The position numbers and the translations under genes are program-made. Below are positions 9,037 to 20,018 of a DNA stretch of 64,000 bases, one piece after another; position 1 is the first letter of the stretch; each line of letters opens with the position of its first letter. The notes under the pieces were generated by a model. That model saw only the letters and a program-made list of their open reading frames with translations, was not told the origin of the DNA and searched no databases. The stretch comes from a virus (taxonomy: Duplodnaviria; Caudoviricetes): the IMG/VR virus record IMGVR_UViG_3300022594_000001, one strand, 5' to 3'.

Positions 9037-10644
9037 ATGAGCAATTTTTCTTCATTTTTTACAGCAGGACCAAAAGGAACTTTAAAATTTTTAAAGAAGC
9101 CTGGTCTGACCTATAAGGGAGATTGGGTACAGGTATTTCCCGGCACCGAAATCGATAGATGGCACGTTGGGGAGTTTTCTTCTGCTGCCTATTTGATTAC
9201 TGTAGAATTTGGATCAAATAAAAAAGAATTAATGCATGTTAATGTCATTGCTAGACCGGACCAAGCAAGTTATAACATTTATGGCCGCACAAGCATTGAC
9301 GACGAACTTATAACACTTGATGCTTCGGTTAATAATAGTTGGTTTAGTTTAAAAGTTAGTCCAACTGATAACATATTTACTGGTGCAAAAATAACTGTTT
9401 TTGCAATGTACGGTGAAACAATTAACCCGTTAGCACCAGCACTTCCGGTATCACAAGGCGGCGGTAATCTTGGCGGAAATACAGAAACTGGTTCTGGAAC
9501 TGGTGTTGCAAGTAATAGCTTTTCAACAATTTCCGTAGCTGGGCAAAATGACGTAATAACAACTAGTCCAAATTCTACATTAACGTTGGTTGCAGGCAGC
9601 AATATTTCTATCACTACTAATAGTACTTCGGATACTATTACGTTTTCGGCAGTAGCTAGTGGCGGAAGTTCTACGTATACATTACCTACGGCAGATACTA
9701 GCACACTAGGTGGTGTTAAAGTTGATGGTACTACTATTACTATTAATTCCAGTGGTGTAATTAGAGCAAATTTCCCAACAGTAACACCTTATACATTGCC
9801 TACAGCATCTACTTCTGTTCTAGGTGGAGTTAAAGTTGACGGAACTACTGTTACTATTGCTAACGGAGTTATATCAGCAGTAACATCGCCGGGTGCAGTT
9901 AACGCAAACTCATTAACCGGCACAACCTTATCTAACAACGTAGTTAACTCAAGTTTAACATCAGTTGGTTCATTAACAGGATTAACCGTTGCTGGTCAAG
10001 TTAAACTAGGAACGCAAGCTAGTAATTGGGCAAGCTCGGGTATTACTAATGTCCTTGAAACTTCGTGGGGTTCAATTTTTGATGTTGGCAACGGCGCTGT
10101 CGGATATGGTAATAATTTAGGTAATAATGGAATTAGTTACACTTATACAAATTCTGGCGCAGCTTCGATATTATTTCAACAAGGCGGCGGCTGGGATTTT
10201 GTAACTGTTCCGTCAAGTGTCGGTGGGGGAGCTGTTAGCACTTTTAATTATGTTATCAACATAAGTAATGCCGGCACGTTAACTATCCAACAAAGCACAG
10301 AAAAACTTAATACTAAAACTGGTGCAACTGGTGTAGTGGCGCACGACTTTACAACAGGTGCTATTTGGTATCATTCTACTATATCAACAAATTTTACCGC
10401 TAATTTTACCAATGTTCCAACTACTGATAATAGAACTATTGTCTGTACTTTATTACTGGCGCAAAGCAGCTCGGCATGTCTTCCTAGTGCAGTGCAAATT
10501 AATGGAGTGGCTCAAACTATTAAATGGCAGGGCGGAAGTGCGCCTACTGGTAATGCAAACAAGCTAGATATTTTTAGTTTTACTCTTATTCGCACAGGCG
10601 GCGCATGGGCAGCAGTAACAGGCTCATTAAGCACGTATGGATAA
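9037..10644 (+). CDS. tail fibre-like virion protein
   Basis: Late promoter 9012-9017; two YTLPTA.TS.LGGVKVDGTT.TI repeats; C-terminal fibre domain. Confidence 0.65.
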   Translation: MSNFSSFFTAGPKGTLKFLKKPGLTYKGDWVQVFPGTEIDRWHVGEFSSAAYLITVEFGSNKKELMHVNVIARPDQASYNIYGRTSIDDELITLDASVNNSWFSLKVSPTDNIFTGAKITVFAMYGETINPLAPALPVSQGGGNLGGNTETGSGTGVASNSFSTISVAGQNDVITTSPNSTLTLVAGSNISITTNSTSDTITFSAVASGGSSTYTLPTADTSTLGGVKVDGTTITINSSGVIRANFPTVTPYTLPTASTSVLGGVKVDGTTVTIANGVISAVTSPGAVNANSLTGTTLSNNVVNSSLTSVGSLTGLTVAGQVKLGTQASNWASSGITNVLETSWGSIFDVGNGAVGYGNNLGNNGISYTYTNSGAASILFQQGGGWDFVTVPSSVGGGAVSTFNYVINISNAGTLTIQQSTEKLNTKTGATGVVAHDFTTGAIWYHSTISTNFTANFTNVPTTDNRTIVCTLLLAQSSSACLPSAVQINGVAQTIKWQGGSAPTGNANKLDIFSFTLIRTGGAWAAVTGSLSTYG

Positions 10645-10647
10645 CCT

Positions 10648-11385
10648 ATGCCACGTTTAGGAAGTATTAGTTCAATACCATTAACAGGCATCGGAATTTC
10701 TGTTCCAGTAATAAATGCAGGAGCTGTATATGAACGTGTTACTAGCACAACTATCACACTAGGCACTGGAGTAACTCAATCTGCTAGTATTAAAAAATTT
10801 GGTACTAGTAGTTTACAATTTGATGGAACTGGTAGCATTGGTTGGTCTAATACCGGTGGCACTGGATTGCTATCATATAACGGTGCTAACGGTTACACAA
10901 TTGAAACTTGGGTTAATTTAAATACTACAGCGGCGGGGAATAAAAGTATGTTTTATCTGGCTGGATCATCTCCAACTAATCAATATATTACAAATTTTCA
11001 TGCTGTCCCTGGGGACGGAACACAATTTGACATATATGCAGGCGGCCCGAGTCTAGCAGTTGAGCCGACTATTTTAATGGGTACAACTATGTACAATACA
11101 TGGGTGTGGTTAGTTATTCAATTTAAAGGACAAGAATTATACGTCTGGGTTAATGGAACTCAAGTTTCAGCTAGCACTACCGGAATTTATAATGCAGGTG
11201 CAACGCAGACAAACCAAAAAACTTCATTAACAGTTGGCTCTAGCTTCTTTGGCGGTTGGAAAGGATATATGGATGATTTTAGAGTAAGCTCTGGATATAG
11301 ATATTCTAGCGGTAGCACAAGCATCACAGTGCCAAGCAGTAAAATATCCGCAGACGGTACTACGTTAGTTCTGATCCAGACGTAA
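10648..11385 (+). CDS. virion protein with LamG/ConA-like domain
   Basis: KFGTSSLQFDG..., YTIETWV, GYMDDFRVS..YRY motifs. Confidence 0.65.
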   Translation: MPRLGSISSIPLTGIGISVPVINAGAVYERVTSTTITLGTGVTQSASIKKFGTSSLQFDGTGSIGWSNTGGTGLLSYNGANGYTIETWVNLNTTAAGNKSMFYLAGSSPTNQYITNFHAVPGDGTQFDIYAGGPSLAVEPTILMGTTMYNTWVWLVIQFKGQELYVWVNGTQVSASTTGIYNAGATQTNQKTSLTVGSSFFGGWKGYMDDFRVSSGYRYSSGSTSITVPSSKISADGTTLVLIQT

Positions 11386-11416
11386 AATACAACTAAATAT
11401 ACTAACAGGATAAAAA

Positions 11417-11899
11417 ATGGGCGTTATTCAAAAACCACTAACATCAACCTCTGGCTTTAAAAGCCCGGGTTTTATCGTTGATGCTGCTGGCAATTTTACA
11501 ATTGCAAACCTTAATACGACTTCTAATTATAAAATTAATGGTGTTTCTGTATTAAGTGAAATATCGCTAGGATCTTCTGTTGTTAGTAGTAGTTTAACTT
11601 CTGTAGGAGTTTTAACTGGTTTAGGAGTTAACAGTGCATCTAATGTCGATGTTAGTACAACCGCTAATTTAATGCTAACGTCGAATTCAACAACAATCAC
11701 ATCAACAAATTTAGTTTTAAATTCATCGGGAGCATTGGTTATTAGCTCGGGCACAACTGGAAACCTTGATAACGTTGATATTGGTACAACAACACCCGGC
11801 AACGGCACATTTAACAATTTAATAGCAACCGACACTTTGTTTGTTGGTTCACAAAACATTAAAGCATTATCAGCTGCACTAGCAGTGGCGCTTTCATAA
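11417..11899 (+). CDS. virion structural protein
   Basis: Late promoter 11394-11399; LGSSVVSSSLTSVG.L fibre motif shared with 9037..10644; ends ALAVALS. Confidence 0.55.
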   Translation: MGVIQKPLTSTSGFKSPGFIVDAAGNFTIANLNTTSNYKINGVSVLSEISLGSSVVSSSLTSVGVLTGLGVNSASNVDVSTTANLMLTSNSTTITSTNLVLNSSGALVISSGTTGNLDNVDIGTTTPGNGTFNNLIATDTLFVGSQNIKALSAALAVALS

Positions 11900-11922
11900 A
11901 TAGAAAAGACTCGGAGATATAG

Positions 11923-14900
11923 ATGGCAAAGAAACGAATAGCAAATTACGCATTTTTTCCAGGGGTGTCAAGTGACAGCAACGCATACCCTAATGCGTAT
12001 TCTTTGTTGAAAGCTAATAAAACATTTATTACAAAAGAAGCATCAGCATACCTTGCTTCAAAAGTAGTATCCGACACTGCACAAAATTTATATCCAAATG
12101 CAGTAGCACTTTTAACAGCTAACAAACAATACATCCTTGATGAAATTAGTGCATGGACGGCTTATCAGACTACTAATGCATTAGTTAGCAGCCCGTTTTA
12201 CGGTTATACATATGGTGCAACTGAAATTGCAAAATGTAAACGAGATATGGGATATCTCATCGATGCATTAATATATGATATTCGATATGGCGGAAATGAG
12301 CAAGTTAGCTACGTAGCAAGCCAGTATTACCTAAGCGGTGTTGTACAACTAATTAACGTTCCAGTTGAGTTACTAATTCAAACACAACTTTGGAATTTAA
12401 TTAAAAACTATATTCTTACAAAAACCTTATATTCATCGCAGCAAAGTCCTGTAACAAGTACACAAACTACCTCGGGCAATACTGTTGAAACTGGCGCAAC
12501 AACTGCGGCAAATACATTATCAACAATTACTTATAATGTAATTAACGGCGGACTTTCTACACTACCGACATTAGTCTACTCAAGTTTTAATTTTGCTGGA
12601 TACACATACGACACTAGCAAGTGCGAACGAGATGTTGGTTTTATTTTAGATGCGTATGCAAATGATTTACGTTACGGTGGAAATTTCCAAACACGATTAA
12701 TTTCTAGCAGATATTGGGACGGTGAGCGTCCACAGATTATTGGTGATAGAAAAAGTGAAATTTACACGCATCAATTTATTAGAGATTTAATTAACCACAC
12801 AGTATTTTTTGGTTCAATTAACACAATAAAATGCGAACGAGATATCGGTTACTTATTAGATGGTGTTAAGTATGACATTGCACTTGGTACTAATTATAAC
12901 TCTGTGTTCTTGGGATTAGCAGAAGACAATTCGCAAGATCTTAGCGCCACAGTTATTACAGCAATTCAAACTGCGCAAACAACTGTTGCTAATTTATCAG
13001 CAGTATCTAGCAGTACAACAGCAACTACAAGATCCAATTCGTTTTTTACACAAGTATTAACTATTGCACAAAATGGTCCATCGAGTGCGAGTCTAGTAAA
13101 CTATACTAACCCAACAAATGCCACAAATAGCCAAATGGCTGCTAACGATAAACTTGTTAATAACAAAGCATTTATCCAAGCAGAAGTAAATGCATGGGTT
13201 GCATTAAATTATCCATCATCGACTCATGATCCAGTTAAGTGTTCTAGAGACATTGGTTATGCAATTGATGCATTAGCATATGACATTTTATACGGCGGAA
13301 ACAGTGCCACTTATCGACAAGCAAAATTCTTCTTTTATGGTTTTGCAGACGGATCATCGGGCATTGATGCAACTCATACTGCCGTTACTATTGCCGCATA
13401 CAACTATTTTAAATCAATTGTTGACAACATTGTACAGGGTCAAACTGTAACTCCAACAACTGCTGGAACAAATCCAAACACACAAAGCCAGATAACGTCT
13501 GGTAATAACGCATCATCATCTGATGCTACTATTTGTCAAAACCTAGTACAAATTACAACAAACGTAATTAACGCAGGTACACAGCCAGCCGCATTAGCTT
13601 ATTTGGCAACTATAACACTAACATATCCTGATGTTAGTTGGTCTACTACTGCATTAAAAGCAGCAAAAACTGCAATTGAAACAAACCGTGCTGCTATTAT
13701 ATCAGTATCAGCAGACTATGTTCCTTTACAAAATTCTTATCCACGACAATTGTTAAATGGCATTGCTGGAGAAGACGGGTCAGATGTTGTTATTACAAAC
13801 CTAGCATCAATTGTAACTTCAGTAATTCAAAACGGATTAACTAGCTTACCTACATTAGTAAATGGTGTTACAACTATTAAGGTACAAGGACAATATACCC
13901 TTGATAAATTGTTACTAATTACTAATGCGTCAAACAATCAATTCTTGTATAACTTTAGTGATCCAACATTAGGTGCAATTGCAACATTTAATGGACCCTA
14001 TGATAGTAACGGCCATTTCCAAGATGAGCAGTTCCCTCAGTTCTTACAGACATCAGACTATGTAACTACCCTTGTACTAAAAGCAGATACCTCGTTGTGC
14101 AGTTCAACTGATGATGTACAAATTTTTGTAGAATCAGAAGAACAAAAAACTCGTCCATATGATTTTGGTACAGATGCTATTGAACGTATGCGTGTTGCTC
14201 CTCCGCAGTCAATGCTTGACGCTGACTTTGAATACGGATTACAGCCAACTAAGTGGCAGGCAATTGGTATTGCTCGCGGATATCCGTCAGTGTACGAAAT
14301 TCCAGGATCAGATACAGCAGTTCTTACAGTTGTAACTGATGCAAGTGCAGGCACTGGTGGTATTGGTGAATCTTTGATTACAGTAACTACAGCGTCGGCA
14401 CACGGGTTTAGCGTTGGAACACCGATTACTATTCGCTCATTAGCTAACACAGTATCTGGATTTAATAGAGCAGAAGGTACATTTATTATTATTAGTGTTC
14501 CGACTCAAACAACATTTACCTTTTACGCCGCAGCAAAAGTAGGTACAACTAACGGACAAATTCTTGCAACCACTTACACGCAGTTACGTAAAGGTGCGTT
14601 CTATACCGGTGCATCGATTGGCACACCAACGTTGAGCGTTTATAATAACGGACAAGTTGGATCGTTCACTACTAAATTTATTACTCCGGCAGGTTCTGGA
14701 CAGATCGCCGTGCAAGGTGCTATGCCAACACTTGGAGTCCCATTATCTGTAACTGGTTTAACTACTGGTACGCAAGTTACTGGTACTGTTGGAACCGGTG
14801 GACAAGTAGCTACTGCTACTGTTGGTGCTCCTGTTAATATCGGTGATACTTCGATTGCCGTAGCGAGTACAACGGGAATCCTTGAAGGGATGGCAATTGA

Positions 14901-17900
14901 CAACGGGACTGGTACAGCATTGTTTGTTAGTAGTATTGTTGGAAATACTATTAATTTTAACGGCCCAGTAACTGCTGCAAAAGCAGGTAGCGTACAGACA
15001 TATCTAAACGTATCAGGTACAAACGTTACCCCAGGTGGCACAGGTGCACAGTTTAGTATCAGTCGAGTATCAGGCGCATATAATAACCTAATAGTTCAAA
15101 CAGGTGGTGCAAGCTATGTTCCAGGTACAAGAATTAAAATTTTAGGAACAGCATTGGGTGGGCTTTCTCCAATTAACGATGCTGTTATTAAGGTAGGCAC
15201 TGTTATCAATGGACAGTTAGCAACCTTTACACGTGCCGGAACAGCAAACTCACCGTTTACTACGGTAAACGGAATTAGTCAATCGAGCACTAATGGTGCC
15301 GGGTTCGGTGCAACATTTAATGTGTCTGATGCCGGAGGCGGAGTATATACAGTAACGCTAGCTACTCCGGGAAGCGGATATGCAGTTAACAACACTATTA
15401 CAATTTTAGGAAGTTTTCTAGGAGGTGCCGACGGTACTAATGATTTAACTTTAACAATTACCGCGGTTAATAACGGAGCAATTGGTACAGCATCATTTGT
15501 GTCTGGCAATAGTGTGAGTGGAGAACGCTCATACACCGGAATTACTCAATCTAGCACAAGTGGATCTGGATCCGGTGCAACCTTTGACATCCAGACAAGC
15601 GGCGGAGTTTATGTTGTTACACTAACAAGTCCAGGTTTAACTTACGTACTCAACGAAACAATAACTATTTTAGGTAGCGTGTTAGGCGGCGTCAACGGTG
15701 CTAATAATTTAACTGTAACAGTTACTGCGGCGTCTCCATTTGGTGGCGGCATCCAAACATACAACTCGGCAGGAACACCGAGCACAACTGATGCAACCTT
15801 TACTAGTTTATCAGGTACAAAAATTACACCGGCTACAGGTGCAAGTTTTGATATTACAAGAAGCGGTGGATCTTATTCACCCCCTGTATTAAACCTAACT
15901 GGTTCTGGCTACGAAATTAATGACGTTATCCTAGTTGACGGTGCTCTACTAGGTGGATCATCGGGTACTAATGACGCAACAATTACAGTTACTGGTGCAA
16001 CACTTGGAGCAGTAACATCTGCTTCAATTACTGGTACTGCGACAACCGGTGCAACTGTTGCGTTCTGGTCAGCAGTTTCTATTAGTGATGTTTCGACTTC
16101 TAGCATTGCAGATTCAAACTCAATTACAACTATTGCTATTGCAACTATACAAATTACATGGCCAACACAGCACGGACTAGTTCCGGGTATGAGTTTACTT
16201 GTTGACATTACAAGTAGCGGAACTAATCACGCATTAGCTAAAGGTCCGTTCTTTGTTGAATCTGTTCCTAACTTAAACACTATAAGATATACTGCAAGAA
16301 CAAGCGGAGCATTTGATACTAACACTGCATTAACTGGAGTAGTATATGCACGTCCAGAGTCATTCTTTATTCACAGACCGTTCGATGGTGGTGTGCAATT
16401 AGGAACTGGTGGTCCACAACACGGTAGTCAAGCAGTTCGTATGAGTAAGAAATATATTCGTTACCAATCTGGTAAAGGTATTATGTATACTACTGGTGCA
16501 TTATTTGCTCCTAGCTATAATTTACAATCTGCAACAGCACTCGGAACAGCCGTAGGATCTTACATTACATTTACAACTGACGACGTTGATCACGGATGTC
16601 AAGTTGGTGGTAGAGTTCAAATTAGTGGTATTGACACTGCTGGATATAACGGAATTTATACAATTGTAAGCATTCAAACTGAACGTATCTTTACAGTACA
16701 AGCGCAGTCTAATCTAGGAAGTCTATATGGACAGATTACTACATCTGCTCAAATGTCAATTCTAAATTGGCACGGTGCAACTGTACGTGCAGGAACGTTT
16801 GATGATCAAAACGGTATGTTCTGGCAATACAATGGTAAGGAACTAGCAGTTGGACGACGTTCTAGCACGTTCCAGTTATCAGGAGTTTCGAGCATTGCAA
16901 AAGATACAAACTTAATTACTGGTACAAACACTAGATTCCGCGATCAAGTTAAATCAGGAGATAAACTTGTCATCAAAGGAATGACACATACAGTAACTAA
17001 CGTTAACAGCCAAACATCTATGTCTGTAACTCCAGACTATCGTGGTGCTAGTGACTGTCTTAATGCCAAGATTTGTTTAGTACAAGAAATTTTAATTCCA
17101 CAAAGCCAATTTAACTTAGACAGATTGGACGGAACAGGTCCAAGCGGATACAACCTAGACATTACTAAGATGCAGATGATCGGTATGCAATGGTCATGGT
17201 ATGGTGCTGGTTTTATTGACTTTATGTTAAGAGGATCAGACGGTAATTATGTATTTGCTCATCGTATTCGTAACAGTAACGTAAACACAGAAGCTTACAT
17301 GCGTACTGGTAACATGCCTGTACGTTATGAAGTTCATAACGAAAGCGCATTTGGTAAATTAAGAAGTTCTATAACTGCTACTCAGACAACAATACCATTG
17401 TTTGATGCAAGTGCGTTCCCTAATGAAGCAGGTTATGTTTATGTAGACAATGAAATTATTGCGTTTACTGGTAAGAGCGGTAACGTATTAACTGGTTGTA
17501 CTAGAGCTGCTCCTATGCCACAATTTACTGGCGGATCAACAAGATTGTTTACTGCCGGTTCTGCAACAACACACGAAGTTAATACTGGTGTTATTTTAAT
17601 TAGCAATACTATTACACCTATTATTAGCCACTGGGGTAGTGCGTTTATTACAGACGGACAGTTTGATAACGACCGTGGATACATTTTTAACTATGCATCT
17701 ACTGGTATTCAAGCGTCTACTACAAAACAAACAGCGTTCTTATTACGACTAGCACCTTCTGTATCTAACGCTATCACAGGTGACTTAGGCGACAGAGAAC
17801 TTATTAATCGAGCTCAATTATTGTTACAAGCAATCGAAGTTACATCAGATGCTGGTACTGGTGGTTTAGTTGTTGAAGGTATTTTAAATCCTCAAAACTA

Positions 17901-19563
17901 CCCAACAGATCCAACTCAGCTTACTTGGTCAAGTTTAAACTCAGCAGCCGCAGGCGGACAGCCTTCGTTTGCCCAAGTTGCACCAGGTGGTTCTGTAAGC
18001 TGGTCAGGTGGTGCTACAACAACTACATCTACTGCAACTACTACAACGTCATTGAGTGGTACAGCAAGTGTTCCGAACAATTCATTGTTTACACAGCCTA
18101 TTGGTTCAAACATTATCTATGTAACTAAAACAAGTTGGGATACATTAGGTGCTAGTGCCGGTTTTGCTGTAGACTCATCGGAAACTAGATTCCCAAGTGG
18201 TACTACAGTTTCCAGTGTTGCTTCTAATCCGAACCCGATTGCAACAACGCTAGGTTTAGTAACAGGCACAGCAACAATACCTCCAAGTACTTATTTTGCT
18301 ACAGCAGCCGGTGCTAATACTTTATATTTTACACAGGCAAGCTGGACTGCATTAAATGGTGCAATCGGTACTGCTGTTTATAGTAATGATTTCCCTGCAG
18401 GAACAACAGTATCAAACGTAACAGGTCCTGCGGTTGCTGCTGGACAAAGTTATTATGCAGTTACGTTTAGTGCAAGTACTACATCGATACATAATCCGAT
18501 CCAGTCAACAGTTAGCACAACTACTATTAACGTTACTAACAACGTAGTAACATTATATTTTAACGCTACACAAACTTACACACCGTATGTTGTTGGTGAA
18601 AACTTAACAGTTAGTACGTCTTATGCTACAGTTAACGGTACAAGAGCAGTAACTGCATGTACAACAACATATGTACAATTTGCATTAGTAACAACTAACG
18701 TAGCTAATACAGCAATCACTGGTACAGTTCAAAACCAGACAACCTTAAACAATGTTACATTCTATGTAACTGGACAAGCAACATCCGGTGCAACTAGTTT
18801 GAATTTTACACAGGCAAGTTGGGCTGCATTACCAATTGGTACCGCTACAGTTACTAACACTGTTAATGATACTGGCAAGTTTGCAGCTAATACGCAGATT
18901 AGTGCTATTAGTGCGTTGAAGACATTTAACGGAGTGAACTATTACACTGTATCATTCAACAGTTCGTTACTAGCAAGCCAACCAGTAAGTACTGCGGTAA
19001 CATTTAACTATACACCGTATTACGTTGTAACATTAAGTAAAACTTCAACAAGCTCTGTAGTGTACAATACAACTGTGCCGTTTACACCTGCAATTATCGG
19101 TTCTAACACATCTTTCTTGTATTTTACAAAAGCAAGTTGGGAAACCTTAACATCAACGTATGGTGCAGGCGCAGGAACAACGGTTGCTGATCCTACCAAA
19201 TTCCCAAGCGGAACATCGATTCAGTCGGTCACTGTGTTACAGTCATTTGGTGGAACACAGTACTATCGTGTAAACTTTACACAAAGCTCGATTACATCAA
19301 TTGCAGGTGGAGCTACAGTTACATTCCAGTTCGGTCAACCACCATATGCGTTACCGGGTGAAACTGTATTCTCATTCATTGCTGCGCCTGGTACAGGTAG
19401 TGCGTTAGACTTGTCTAGCTTGAAAGAATTGACTAATACCACATTAGGCGGTAGAGGAACATATCCAAATGGTCCGGACGTATTAGCTATTAACGTGTAT
19501 AAGACATCTGGTTCAGCGATTCCAACGAACATTATTATTCGTTGGGGTGAAGCGCAGGCTTAA
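11923..19563 (+). CDS. very large repeat-rich virion structural protein (2546 aa)
   Basis: Four KCxRD.GY..DA..YD...GGN repeats, four beta-rich GATF...GGY...LGG...ND repeats, four YFT.ASW repeats; Thr/Gly/Ser-rich. Confidence 0.75.
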   Translation: MAKKRIANYAFFPGVSSDSNAYPNAYSLLKANKTFITKEASAYLASKVVSDTAQNLYPNAVALLTANKQYILDEISAWTAYQTTNALVSSPFYGYTYGATEIAKCKRDMGYLIDALIYDIRYGGNEQVSYVASQYYLSGVVQLINVPVELLIQTQLWNLIKNYILTKTLYSSQQSPVTSTQTTSGNTVETGATTAANTLSTITYNVINGGLSTLPTLVYSSFNFAGYTYDTSKCERDVGFILDAYANDLRYGGNFQTRLISSRYWDGERPQIIGDRKSEIYTHQFIRDLINHTVFFGSINTIKCERDIGYLLDGVKYDIALGTNYNSVFLGLAEDNSQDLSATVITAIQTAQTTVANLSAVSSSTTATTRSNSFFTQVLTIAQNGPSSASLVNYTNPTNATNSQMAANDKLVNNKAFIQAEVNAWVALNYPSSTHDPVKCSRDIGYAIDALAYDILYGGNSATYRQAKFFFYGFADGSSGIDATHTAVTIAAYNYFKSIVDNIVQGQTVTPTTAGTNPNTQSQITSGNNASSSDATICQNLVQITTNVINAGTQPAALAYLATITLTYPDVSWSTTALKAAKTAIETNRAAIISVSADYVPLQNSYPRQLLNGIAGEDGSDVVITNLASIVTSVIQNGLTSLPTLVNGVTTIKVQGQYTLDKLLLITNASNNQFLYNFSDPTLGAIATFNGPYDSNGHFQDEQFPQFLQTSDYVTTLVLKADTSLCSSTDDVQIFVESEEQKTRPYDFGTDAIERMRVAPPQSMLDADFEYGLQPTKWQAIGIARGYPSVYEIPGSDTAVLTVVTDASAGTGGIGESLITVTTASAHGFSVGTPITIRSLANTVSGFNRAEGTFIIISVPTQTTFTFYAAAKVGTTNGQILATTYTQLRKGAFYTGASIGTPTLSVYNNGQVGSFTTKFITPAGSGQIAVQGAMPTLGVPLSVTGLTTGTQVTGTVGTGGQVATATVGAPVNIGDTSIAVASTTGILEGMAIDNGTGTALFVSSIVGNTINFNGPVTAAKAGSVQTYLNVSGTNVTPGGTGAQFSISRVSGAYNNLIVQTGGASYVPGTRIKILGTALGGLSPINDAVIKVGTVINGQLATFTRAGTANSPFTTVNGISQSSTNGAGFGATFNVSDAGGGVYTVTLATPGSGYAVNNTITILGSFLGGADGTNDLTLTITAVNNGAIGTASFVSGNSVSGERSYTGITQSSTSGSGSGATFDIQTSGGVYVVTLTSPGLTYVLNETITILGSVLGGVNGANNLTVTVTAASPFGGGIQTYNSAGTPSTTDATFTSLSGTKITPATGASFDITRSGGSYSPPVLNLTGSGYEINDVILVDGALLGGSSGTNDATITVTGATLGAVTSASITGTATTGATVAFWSAVSISDVSTSSIADSNSITTIAIATIQITWPTQHGLVPGMSLLVDITSSGTNHALAKGPFFVESVPNLNTIRYTARTSGAFDTNTALTGVVYARPESFFIHRPFDGGVQLGTGGPQHGSQAVRMSKKYIRYQSGKGIMYTTGALFAPSYNLQSATALGTAVGSYITFTTDDVDHGCQVGGRVQISGIDTAGYNGIYTIVSIQTERIFTVQAQSNLGSLYGQITTSAQMSILNWHGATVRAGTFDDQNGMFWQYNGKELAVGRRSSTFQLSGVSSIAKDTNLITGTNTRFRDQVKSGDKLVIKGMTHTVTNVNSQTSMSVTPDYRGASDCLNAKICLVQEILIPQSQFNLDRLDGTGPSGYNLDITKMQMIGMQWSWYGAGFIDFMLRGSDGNYVFAHRIRNSNVNTEAYMRTGNMPVRYEVHNESAFGKLRSSITATQTTIPLFDASAFPNEAGYVYVDNEIIAFTGKSGNVLTGCTRAAPMPQFTGGSTRLFTAGSATTHEVNTGVILISNTITPIISHWGSAFITDGQFDNDRGYIFNYASTGIQASTTKQTAFLLRLAPSVSNAITGDLGDRELINRAQLLLQAIEVTSDAGTGGLVVEGILNPQNYPTDPTQLTWSSLNSAAAGGQPSFAQVAPGGSVSWSGGATTTTSTATTTTSLSGTASVPNNSLFTQPIGSNIIYVTKTSWDTLGASAGFAVDSSETRFPSGTTVSSVASNPNPIATTLGLVTGTATIPPSTYFATAAGANTLYFTQASWTALNGAIGTAVYSNDFPAGTTVSNVTGPAVAAGQSYYAVTFSASTTSIHNPIQSTVSTTTINVTNNVVTLYFNATQTYTPYVVGENLTVSTSYATVNGTRAVTACTTTYVQFALVTTNVANTAITGTVQNQTTLNNVTFYVTGQATSGATSLNFTQASWAALPIGTATVTNTVNDTGKFAANTQISAISALKTFNGVNYYTVSFNSSLLASQPVSTAVTFNYTPYYVVTLSKTSTSSVVYNTTVPFTPAIIGSNTSFLYFTKASWETLTSTYGAGAGTTVADPTKFPSGTSIQSVTVLQSFGGTQYYRVNFTQSSITSIAGGATVTFQFGQPPYALPGETVFSFIAAPGTGSALDLSSLKELTNTTLGGRGTYPNGPDVLAINVYKTSGSAIPTNIIIRWGEAQA

Positions 19564-20018
19564 AGAGTATCAATAACGTCGATAATATCAAACACTGTTT
19601 GAAATTTATTACGTATTGTTTTATTTGAAAAGCTATTTCGCAAACCTTGATGCAAGGGTTTTGGAGCATAATCAACTGTGCTCCATGCCCATGCGCAGTG
19701 TTCGTCGCTTAGTATTGGTATAAACTCATCCTTAACAACACACAAGTACGTGTGAAAATTAAAAACTTTGTCATTGCTAACAAAGGTTTCTAATGGGATT
19801 GTTTTGATAATTTTTGGAATTGATCCGATTTCTTCTTGGATCTCACGTTGAAGTCCTTGCCATGGGTTTTCGTCTTGTAAATTAGTACCGCCTACTAGAC
19901 CCCAAGTACCTTCATGTTTGCCACGGGCTTTTTGCAACAATAAAAATCTTCGTGTTGATTTAGCGTAGATTAATGCTCCGCTACATACAATACGATCCTT
20001 TATAGTTCTATTCTCCAT
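19560..20018 (-). CDS. NUDIX hydrolase
   Basis: Nudix box-like GG.....ENPWQGLQREIQEEIG. Confidence 0.85.
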   Translation of the reverse strand: MENRTIKDRIVCSGALIYAKSTRRFLLLQKARGKHEGTWGLVGGTNLQDENPWQGLQREIQEEIGSIPKIIKTIPLETFVSNDKVFNFHTYLCVVKDEFIPILSDEHCAWAWSTVDYAPKPLHQGLRNSFSNKTIRNKFQTVFDIIDVIDTL

